Sequence record: PP456877.1
Reading direction: 5' to 3' (one strand)
Length of the DNA stretch: 64,000 nt
The position numbers and the translations under genes are program-made. Each line of letters begins with the position of its first letter. Position 1 is the first letter of the stretch. Below the pieces are notes generated by a model, which worked only from the letters and a program-made list of their open reading frames with translations, was not told the DNA's origin and ran no database searches. Shown here one piece after another: positions 55,801-64,000 of the stretch.

Positions 55801-57209
55801 AACAAGAAGCGATGACTTATCGTGGAGATGGTGGACGCGGTCCAACTTCAATGGTTGCACGTACACGTATTTACGGTGAAGCGGATGTTGGTGTGGTTAG
55901 TGAATCAACTGTGGACTCAGGTGACGTTGGTGTTATTGCTTACTTAGTACCTGATGCTAACTTTGTAAACATGCGTGGTGTTACGCGTATGTTTGATCCA
56001 AAGACAGATGGGCCAGCTAGACTACTCTCAACTAGTGCACTGCTTGGTGTTGCAACCGAACATGATGACCCTAAGCGAATTAACTTTATCTCAATTCAGC
56101 AGCAGCAAGGTATTTATGCTGATGGGTATACAGTTACACCAGTTCGTACAGGCTATGAACAAATCATAGCCCAAAGGACTAGTTCTATCTTTGCTGTAGC
56201 AGCAGAACAAGATGGTGAGGTTGTAGCTATTGATGAATATGGTATCCAAGTTAAATATGCCGATGGTAATGTATTTGGATATCAATTAGGTACAGTTCAT
56301 GGCACAGCAGCTGGTGTTAACTATCCACACATTCTTGTTACCTCATTAAAGAAAGGTGATAAGTTTAAACGTGGAGATACTATCACATATAACAAACGTT
56401 ATTTCTCTGAAGATAGGTATACGCCTGGGCAAGTATTATGGAAAGCCGGTTGTATGGCTGTTGTAGCATTTGATGATAACCTTGACACTTTAGAAGACGG
56501 TTCAGTTATTTCTGAAGACCTAGCTAAAAGGTTAAATACTCAAACAACTGCAATCAAGAATATCGATGTTAGGTTTGATCAGACTATTCGAGATATGGTG
56601 AAAGTTGGGGATCATGTCGACTTAAATTCAATTCTATGTATAATTGAAGATCCTGAAACAGCTGCTCACTCACTATATGACGAGGCATCTATTGAGACAT
56701 TACGCAAACTATCAGCATATTCGCCACGTGCTAAGCTCGTAGGTACAGTATCAAAGATTGAATGCTTCTATCATGGTGAAATAGACGATATGACACCAAG
56801 TTTACAAGCATTAGCTAATACGTCAGATAAACAACGCGCTGAACGAGCTAAATCATTGAAAGAACCTACTTTCACTGGACAAGTAGATGCTAACTATCGA
56901 GTGAAAGGACGAGCCTTAGAATATGACCACATGATTATTCGAGTGTATATCGATCATGATATCCCATGTGGTGTTGGAGATAAAGGCGTAGTAGCTAACC
57001 AGATGAAAACGGTATTCTCCCGTGTAATGACTGGACGTAATGAAACTGAAGATGGCCGTAATATTGATCTACTATTCGGTAATACATCGGTAGAAGAACG
57101 AATGGTTCTATCTCCTAAAATCATTGCTACAACAACTGGTATCTTGTGGGCAGCTGGAAAACATCTTGTAGCTGTATATAGAGGAAACACTAATGCAAAA
57201 GCTAAGTAA
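52854..57209 (+). CDS. virion RNA polymerase beta-like subunit (gp178-like)
   Basis: 1451 aa; FMSNG, TVDSGDVG, QQQQ, VRTGYE, LEDG, GDKG motifs. Confidence 0.93.
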   Translation: MRLNITQFLKNYSVREYAKLQSPKLHALNKLDLPFESIYQFFDGNNAVMGPSQTDPLFSKHQGKVYIEHVTDMLTFEGNPRRTSNIPATMIQEFRRQNRFFKPLRSDTGFKLSNQNILVMNYNLINPQWNYMASYKATWFRWSNDMRTFWSGVAAACERFPGWNQFIDVHLPELVPPPSSFNKLRGGLTQDLANQFNTPDILNIFDLVRWVSDDRESSFMNVIDAKYYGNINLLFRVQSSFFVINLGMLDQWRRDPEIKDDKGYDTQQIARRLISLVSAMVEYNQGNTSLIKEDTPIFNEDIIVDEETPVSYEEGEAEEVEDVESNNVEEEVTEVDVIDDVQFDPTNLTNLIDIGAIEVTYTPPPESDLEVTKLIIEKDPLESSPSRQIKEEKELIVTDVPEDELFINTEVDEEDKLIDAIRAKAYDMYRVNMISANTFEQAQEDSIMYRRLPDPFTDPNDESVEPMTIAEAMEYHPDDLKIPEDTTFEDKPTIVDKSMLGSKLKAIQRKYNKVLLKKDILNSVLSVQKQGVSVTNYKIETVRDSGNHYQIHKVTLKPIRGRSSQVMFRIPVIDNDGRFMSNGVTYRQRLQRADIPIRKVNPRKVALTSYYNKTFVTRSERAENNFDNWLIRAITNRALDGSDMSVHSVTYAELDQSNYVLPRVYTTLGTAFKGFHNHRNVFYFNFKDRNEFFAKQGLHIEDYETDDLIMVGFNGTDAILLDKNSIFYMKTGNELEPIGTITDILGLDLTKAPLEAILMSIGGKELPLGFILAYHHGLNNLLKKLNVNYQRHQRGTRIVVNSTDYTLAFADEILVFDRADYKAMLVLSGLKRYHKSLRRYSVYDFNKRDVYFRVLEEAGLSNRFTRDIDTLFSAWVDPITEGLLKEMGEPTTFEGLLYRSVELLTNDWSPAEVDGAYMRYRGYERMAGAIFNELNRAVRVFNMRNGGSVQTVELDPHVIWRKIVQDPTVATIEDSNPIANIREQEAMTYRGDGGRGPTSMVARTRIYGEADVGVVSESTVDSGDVGVIAYLVPDANFVNMRGVTRMFDPKTDGPARLLSTSALLGVATEHDDPKRINFISIQQQQGIYADGYTVTPVRTGYEQIIAQRTSSIFAVAAEQDGEVVAIDEYGIQVKYADGNVFGYQLGTVHGTAAGVNYPHILVTSLKKGDKFKRGDTITYNKRYFSEDRYTPGQVLWKAGCMAVVAFDDNLDTLEDGSVISEDLAKRLNTQTTAIKNIDVRFDQTIRDMVKVGDHVDLNSILCIIEDPETAAHSLYDEASIETLRKLSAYSPRAKLVGTVSKIECFYHGEIDDMTPSLQALANTSDKQRAERAKSLKEPTFTGQVDANYRVKGRALEYDHMIIRVYIDHDIPCGVGDKGVVANQMKTVFSRVMTGRNETEDGRNIDLLFGNTSVEERMVLSPKIIATTTGILWAAGKHLVAVYRGNTNAKAK

Positions 57210-57390
57210 TAATGTAGCACATGGTCAGAACATTGCTGTTCTTCATGCTGCTGTTAAACTAGGTACTCAAGCAATTCTACAATCGCTTGGTGGCACCACC
57301 AGCTCCCCATCTCTGAATGGGGAGTTTTTAACTGAGGCTGATATTGCAGCAGCTTTAAACGCTCGCTTAATGAAGAACCTCAATATCTAA
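57193..57390 (+). CDS. small hypothetical protein, possibly head-associated
   Basis: 65 aa, GAGGA SD, fills the gap inside the operon. Confidence 0.65.
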   Translation: MQKLSNNVAHGQNIAVLHAAVKLGTQAILQSLGGTTSSPSLNGEFLTEADIAAALNARLMKNLNI

Positions 57391-57401
57391 GGAGTGTTAA
57401 A

Positions 57402-58961
57402 ATGTTCTGTAAAGAAACCCAAGCTGCGATTGTTGGCTCAGCACGTAGTCTAACTGAGGATAACCTTGTTCTAGTTATCCCTAATGAAACATATCCCCTT
57501 GCGGTCTTTGCAGATGGTTTCAGTGTAGATGGCAACTCTAATAAAGTTGCCCTCTCTGAAGAGCTGGAAGCATCTGTAGAAGAGTTCTTCGAGGAAGCTA
57601 ACCAAGAGCAACCTGTTAGTGTAGAAGAAGAGCAAGAAGCTCTGATTGCACATGTCTGCTCATCATTACAAAAGATCCAATTCAATACGCAGAATGTTAT
57701 TTGCCCTGCAATTGAATATATGGTACGTGTTTTTAATGAGCGTCAAAGCATTAGTTGTCAACCAGATGTAAGCGCTACATTCTACCACTATAATGCAGTT
57801 CATAGTGATCCCCGCTTAACTGCACACGTTAGTACACGATACAATAATTTACAGCCGCTACCTGAGTATCGTACCTTTATTCTAGAATCAATTGATGCTA
57901 ATGAAATTATTCGGTTAGTGTCAATGGGTAATCCGCATCTAGATCAAACTGAAGTTGAAGAATGGCTACTATCTATTCCTAATAGTGCCGCTGTTATTGA
58001 AGGTGTGTGGAATTCTATCTTCAATGATGGTCGTCTTCTCATTCCAGGTGAACTTGAATATGTTGTGGGTAGGTCCTTCCCATTCACTGTTGATTCACTA
58101 GCTCTGGCTTACATGATTTGCGGTCACTACATCGATAACCCGGTTGAAGTTATTGGCGAGAGTGATGTTGACCTAGAAACATGGTCACTAACTATTCGTA
58201 AACTACATGAGATGTTTGGATTCTATCTCAAGCGTGCTTATGAACGTCGTCAAGCTGATCGTGATGCAGGTCTACTCATCCTAGCCTCAGAAGCTAATAA
58301 TGTAGTTGCTAATTCTCGTTGCAAAGTAATCATTAATGGTGATGTTGCACCTCAATTTGAATTAGCCGGTGGTGACATCCAAGCTATCCTTGGTGCAGCT
58401 GTAGCAGGTAGTAATAACATTTACCTAGAACAGATTCTTAATAACTCAGAACAGTTTATTCAACGTTGGCTATCAGTATATCCGCTGATTAAACAATCGG
58501 CTATGGATAAAGGTTTACGTAAACTACGCAATGACATTCATGAATCATTTATGGATGGTGTCATTAATACTGAACTTAAAGATCGCCATGTTAATGAACT
58601 CGAATATCGTATTAAAGAAGCAATGAGTACGATGACGACTGAAGATCTTAAGAATCCTTATATCACCTTTGGTAAACTTATCTGTAAAACATTCTTTACA
58701 GAAAATGTTTACTGGCAATATCTGCTAGCAGTTGATGAATTTAGTCAAATGTATCCTGAGGCCACTCTACGTGAACTCAATACACAATCACTAATTTCAC
58801 TAATGGCAGCATGGCTGTCTCAACAGATTAAAGTTGAGCGGTTCACTGGTGTTGTTGATCCTTATGCAAAACTACCAGTAAAAGAAGTTATTGAAACTGT
58901 AGAAGATGATAGCACTGAAACTTTAGATAATGTTGAAATCGAAGAAGAAGTTTCTAATTAA
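57402..58961 (+). CDS. internal head protein (gp177-like)
   Basis: 519 aa; Glu-rich N-terminus with S-V-E sites typical of gp175 processing; synteny. Confidence 0.75.
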   Translation: MFCKETQAAIVGSARSLTEDNLVLVIPNETYPLAVFADGFSVDGNSNKVALSEELEASVEEFFEEANQEQPVSVEEEQEALIAHVCSSLQKIQFNTQNVICPAIEYMVRVFNERQSISCQPDVSATFYHYNAVHSDPRLTAHVSTRYNNLQPLPEYRTFILESIDANEIIRLVSMGNPHLDQTEVEEWLLSIPNSAAVIEGVWNSIFNDGRLLIPGELEYVVGRSFPFTVDSLALAYMICGHYIDNPVEVIGESDVDLETWSLTIRKLHEMFGFYLKRAYERRQADRDAGLLILASEANNVVANSRCKVIINGDVAPQFELAGGDIQAILGAAVAGSNNIYLEQILNNSEQFIQRWLSVYPLIKQSAMDKGLRKLRNDIHESFMDGVINTELKDRHVNELEYRIKEAMSTMTTEDLKNPYITFGKLICKTFFTENVYWQYLLAVDEFSQMYPEATLRELNTQSLISLMAAWLSQQIKVERFTGVVDPYAKLPVKEVIETVEDDSTETLDNVEIEEEVSN

Positions 58962-59007
58962 ATTATCTTAATGGTTAATAATCATTAAAACATGCAATCG
59001 ATGATAA

Positions 59008-59035
59008 ACTCCGGTATTTGGAAGGATACCGGAGT
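59008..59035 (+). terminator. hairpin, terminator or processing site
   Basis: actccggtat-ttggaagg-ataccggagt; no clear U-tract. Confidence 0.5.
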
Positions 59036-59108
59036 AATACAGCGAATATTTAAAGGTGCATGATTTTGATTAAGTATTTTAATCTTTACATAAATGAACA
59101 ATTAGGAC

Positions 59109-59837
59109 ATGATAATGGACGTACGTTCTCTTCGACGGGATCCAGAACGGGTCCACAGTCATCTAACTGATTTAGAAGATAATTCAGTAGTAACTAATGC
59201 CCCATGTAAAATACAGATTCCAGAAAGATTTACAGGAAGACATCTAGCTGTTATTGGTAGTGAAGTATTCACTATTGGTATATTTCCTATTATTTTTAAT
59301 GATGAATATTACGCAGTAAATAATACCATTGCAATGATGCGGATAAATCCAATCTCTACTGAACGCGTCCACATCAATGGTGAAGTTTATCTAGAATTTC
59401 ATTTTGATAAAGGTAGTAAGATTTTCCAGAATACTTACTTAGTTGTTAATGATACATTAACTTACTATGTCTATGATGAGTTAATTAACAAAGGAAACTT
59501 CCCTTGGTATATTAACTATTATGACAAAGCCAAATTATTTGAGACAGCTAATTTACACGCTGGTGTTAACCTTGGTGGATGGCCTACATTACAACTTATT
59601 ATTTCAACCACTCAGCGTGCCTCGGATGATATATCACAACTATATCGACATGTGTTAACTAGACACAGTGATATCGTGGATAATCCACCAGTCGACGTAC
59701 CATTCCGTTCAGTTATCTGGAATACTTCAGACACAACATCAAAACTCAATGGGGCTTATTTTGATCAAGGTATCACATCAGCACTTGTTAACCCATCTGA
59801 GTCAGTAGAGCTTATTGAAGAACTCCTCAGGACCTAA
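59109..59837 (+). CDS. virion protein gp176-like (proposed fifth vRNAP subunit)
   Basis: 242 aa; synteny with the recalled phiKZ/SPN3US cluster. Confidence 0.65.
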   Translation: MIMDVRSLRRDPERVHSHLTDLEDNSVVTNAPCKIQIPERFTGRHLAVIGSEVFTIGIFPIIFNDEYYAVNNTIAMMRINPISTERVHINGEVYLEFHFDKGSKIFQNTYLVVNDTLTYYVYDELINKGNFPWYINYYDKAKLFETANLHAGVNLGGWPTLQLIISTTQRASDDISQLYRHVLTRHSDIVDNPPVDVPFRSVIWNTSDTTSKLNGAYFDQGITSALVNPSESVELIEELLRT

Positions 59838-59848
59838 GGAGTTGCGTT

Positions 59849-60661
59849 ATGCAACCATATTCTAATTTTTCTGGTTTGCAACAGCGTACTAATAACCAAG
59901 TAGTTATCGGCAGTGATATGTTAGCCGGTACTAATAAAAAAGGTGTATTAGTACCTGATGCGGATGGTTACTATCTAACTCCACTAGGAGCTTATGGTAC
60001 CCGAAATTCAGCTGGTATGTTCTATGAAATGGCATCCGGCGTATCTATGTTTAATCCAGACTCACCTTTAATGCGCCGTGTTAAAAAGGGTGTTCTATTC
60101 ATGGAATACAAACACCCTGAACCCTATCGTAAAGATGGCACACGGATGAATGAACATGAGTACCTAATGCGAATTCGTCAAATCGATGATGATCGTGTGT
60201 GTGCACATATTAAGGAACTTATTCTGGTTGATTCTACAGATGAGAAAGGTCTTCCTATTAAACTAGTACTTGGCAAATGCAAACCATACGGTCCTTTTGG
60301 TAAGTACTTCGAAGCATCTATTACCAATCCTTCTCAGAATACTTATTGCTCGGTAAGGTCAATAACTCAAGATGATCCTATGCGCGGTATCAAATATACC
60401 CGTGAGATTTCAACTTGGGATATGGTTGGGGAAGGTGGTATTTACGGTGCTAATAAATGGAATTCCCCTGCATTAGAGAACTATGAAGATCAATTAATGG
60501 TTATCACGCCTGATACTCTATATCAGGTACAGCGTGAACGTGAACGTCAAATTAACATGGGTTTTGAATGTTCTGATATCACCAATGTGACAGATCTAGC
60601 GAAAAGTCTTGGCTGGGATATTTCACCAGTTAAACATAGGCGCCCTGGCTTCATGCGTTAA
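59849..60661 (+). CDS. prohead serine protease (gp175-like)
   Basis: 270 aa; EYKHP, VCAHI, SVRS, TWDMV; A-L-E site near the C-terminus. Confidence 0.85.
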   Translation: MQPYSNFSGLQQRTNNQVVIGSDMLAGTNKKGVLVPDADGYYLTPLGAYGTRNSAGMFYEMASGVSMFNPDSPLMRRVKKGVLFMEYKHPEPYRKDGTRMNEHEYLMRIRQIDDDRVCAHIKELILVDSTDEKGLPIKLVLGKCKPYGPFGKYFEASITNPSQNTYCSVRSITQDDPMRGIKYTREISTWDMVGEGGIYGANKWNSPALENYEDQLMVITPDTLYQVQRERERQINMGFECSDITNVTDLAKSLGWDISPVKHRRPGFMR

Positions 60662-60682
60662 AAATAAAAAAAAAGACATAAT

Positions 60683-60703
60683 GCCCTCCCGTAATGGGAG
60701 GGC
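60683..60703. terminator. bidirectional terminator between convergent genes
   Basis: gccctccc-gtaat-gggagggc with TTATG on both strands. Confidence 0.85.
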
Positions 60704-60711
60704 TTATGCTG

Positions 60712-61848
<1,137 letters not shown>

Positions 61849-61858
61849 TTAAAAACTA

Positions 61859-62785
61859 CTATTTTTTATAAGCAATAAATTTTCCAATATGCTTGAATCC
61901 CTTACAACTAATAGTAACTTTAATCGGATATTTAGCCTTCATTACATAAATTAACCTGGACATATTAAACGGCGCATAAAGTATAAAATCATTATCTACC
62001 ATTTCTTTATGGAATGCATTAATCTTATCTTGGACTAGTTTAATATAATCCTCATCATTAATAATACTTTGTTTATCTGAAATAACAATCTTATCTACAG
62101 TATCGCCTTCAGCACATAGTCTTTCATATACCTCAGTGCGGATAAATGTATTAACTGCGATATATGTATTTTCTGTTACTTGTGTAGCTTGTGCACTATA
62201 AATATCACTAATACAGTAATTAGGTTTATATGGACCAAATGGATCAATAATATCTTTAATAGATACACTCTTTTTTGGTAGAACATGGGGTGTTTCTAAA
62301 AATGAAACACTGTCATGTGCATCAATATCTAAATACTTATTGACTAGTGGGGCAACGCGGTTGAATGCCTCTTCATAGATAGCATACATGTAGCCACGGT
62401 AATCTGGTAAAGACGCATAATAATTACGCTGAACAACAGTCTCGCAACTACTAACATAATTATAAAAAATATCTGCGTGCCTTAAAACATTATTAAATTC
62501 ATCTACGCCTAGAATTGAACTAATCCAACTAACATCATTATCGTGGATAAATATAGCTAAACGAAGGTTTTGCCGTTTTGGATTAGTTTCATCTTGGAAT
62601 GGATATGTTGTATATAGCTCAGTGATAGCTTGTTTAACTACATCAGGTGATTCATTGAAAAATTCTTTTGAGAATTGATCAATTGACATATTTTGTCTTT
62701 GCTGATATAGTTCATTAATACGTGCTTCTACTTGCACAAGGAAGTTAATCTTTTTACTGATTTTAAGGCTATGTTCAGTATGCAT
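61859..62785 (-). CDS. hypothetical protein (gp173 position)
   Basis: probable start MHTEH just after the upstream stop. Confidence 0.7.
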   Translation of the reverse strand: MHTEHSLKISKKINFLVQVEARINELYQQRQNMSIDQFSKEFFNESPDVVKQAITELYTTYPFQDETNPKRQNLRLAIFIHDNDVSWISSILGVDEFNNVLRHADIFYNYVSSCETVVQRNYYASLPDYRGYMYAIYEEAFNRVAPLVNKYLDIDAHDSVSFLETPHVLPKKSVSIKDIIDPFGPYKPNYCISDIYSAQATQVTENTYIAVNTFIRTEVYERLCAEGDTVDKIVISDKQSIINDEDYIKLVQDKINAFHKEMVDNDFILYAPFNMSRLIYVMKAKYPIKVTISCKGFKHIGKFIAYKK

Positions 62786-62789
62786 TAAG

Positions 62790-63230
62790 TTATCTCTGTT
62801 TGATTGATTTAATAACATCACAAACAATTTCAAACCATTCTTTTTCTTGAATGGTTAGGTTTGCTCCTGATAAAACTAATGGACCAAAACTTTTTGCTTT
62901 AAATAAAACGAATGGTCGACTATTAAGATTTAATAATAGGGTATCACGAAGGATATTGGTAAGTCCATCTACGTATTGATACTTTAAACCATAGTCTAAT
63001 TTATAATGGGAATTAACCTCTGGTTGAAGAAAAGCCTTTTCTTTTTTACCAGTGATGAGATACATCCGAAGACCTTTGAATGAAAAGAAATTCTCATTAT
63101 CAAGTGTGGTCTTCTTCTCTTTTCCATTAAACTGAAATAGATCAGGGAGCGGTGTATTACCGCTCTGATCTACAATGATGCTATCTACAGGATAATTATT
63201 TTGTACCCATGGGGTTTCTGGATTATTCAT
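62790..63230 (-). CDS. hypothetical protein (gp172 position)
   Basis: probable start MNNPET overlapping the upstream stop. Confidence 0.7.
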   Translation of the reverse strand: MNNPETPWVQNNYPVDSIIVDQSGNTPLPDLFQFNGKEKKTTLDNENFFSFKGLRMYLITGKKEKAFLQPEVNSHYKLDYGLKYQYVDGLTNILRDTLLLNLNSRPFVLFKAKSFGPLVLSGANLTIQEKEWFEIVCDVIKSIKQR

Positions 63231-63984
63231 TTGAATTAGGCTCCACCCAATGAGGATCAGGTACAGGAACAATATGCACACTGTCCTCTAGTTTATCTCG
63301 AAGATTAGGATCATCAGTCCATTGTAGAGAAAGAGTGTATCTCTCCTCTTTAGGCCGTAGTAGTAGGAATCCACGTCTTAATGTATTCCAAGACATATTG
63401 GGCGATAGTAAACCACGCCTTTGTGTATTAGCCAATGAGGTAAGTTTCTTTTTATCCAATCCTACAAGGTTGACTGGATTATTTAAAAACTCTTCCCATA
63501 GCTTATCCCACTTCTCCTGGTTAATTCCTTCTTTCCAGAGAATATGCCTATACAGATGGGCCATTGTAGTTGTAGCTGGTTTTTGATTCTTAAAAATTTC
63601 ACATTCTTCATAGGGGAAATCATTTGCAGAGCAAGTTACCTCATCTTCAGTTGGATCGATATTGATCGTATAAACTGAATCAGGTTTTGATGTACCCCAA
63701 ATCAGACGTACCTCTAATGTTGCTTTAACAGGTGATAAGAAATCAATAGCTTTCTTAAAGCCATCCCAACTCATTGTATCAGCTTTAAGTGCTTTATTAA
63801 GATTACCTTTATCTGGGTTATTCTTGTTATGTGGTTTTTGAAAGTATGCATTCAAACGTTTATCCCAAGCAAACTGTGTCATATTACGCCACAGTAGTAC
63901 TTCCCGGAAAACATAACACAAAACCCCTTCTGCCTGCCTTAATCCTTTTTGAGGATCGCTTAATAAGTCTTTTACAGATTCCAT
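63223..63984 (-). CDS. hypothetical protein with internal duplication (gp171 position)
   Basis: two WDK...P.N...MSW...L.P...L.W units. Confidence 0.8.
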   Translation of the reverse strand: MESVKDLLSDPQKGLRQAEGVLCYVFREVLLWRNMTQFAWDKRLNAYFQKPHNKNNPDKGNLNKALKADTMSWDGFKKAIDFLSPVKATLEVRLIWGTSKPDSVYTINIDPTEDEVTCSANDFPYEECEIFKNQKPATTTMAHLYRHILWKEGINQEKWDKLWEEFLNNPVNLVGLDKKKLTSLANTQRRGLLSPNMSWNTLRRGFLLLRPKEERYTLSLQWTDDPNLRDKLEDSVHIVPVPDPHWVEPNSNE

Positions 63985-64000
63985 CTTTTTTACACCTACG

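Overview
64 kb of a phiKZ-like nucleus-forming jumbo phage of Pseudomonas (Phikzvirus type), AT-rich and reversed relative to phiKZ gene numbering. By gene order and protein sizes recalled for phiKZ, it spans about gp247 (left) to gp171 (right); gp numbers come from memory and synteny, not from a search. Positions 1-27.4 kb and 32.3-42.3 kb are minus-strand accessory operons of small genes, punctuated by repeated hairpin-terminator plus TATATTAC early-promoter cassettes. They carry dTTP supply genes (dcd, thyA, tmk), a Mesh1-like HD hydrolase, a Pol-beta nucleotidyltransferase, an SspB-like ClpXP adaptor, a SLOG protein with an AAA+ ATPase, a DEDD exonuclease, a DUF3307 protein and a Tad1-like sponge. 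Core virion genes are an SNF2 helicase and two structural genes (27.7-32.2 kb, +), gp182 and the gp181 lytic transglycosylase (42.4-51.1 kb, -), and virion RNAP subunits, head proteins and the prohead protease (51.2-60.7 kb, +). No tRNA, rRNA, CRISPR array, intron or HNH gene was seen. The best leads are a probably virion-packaged Tad1-like protein, a GC-rich structured non-coding element at the 27.5 kb strand switch, a synonymously GC-shifted patch on the RNAP catalytic DFDGD codons, and the SspB-like adaptor with an intact ClpX-binding tail.
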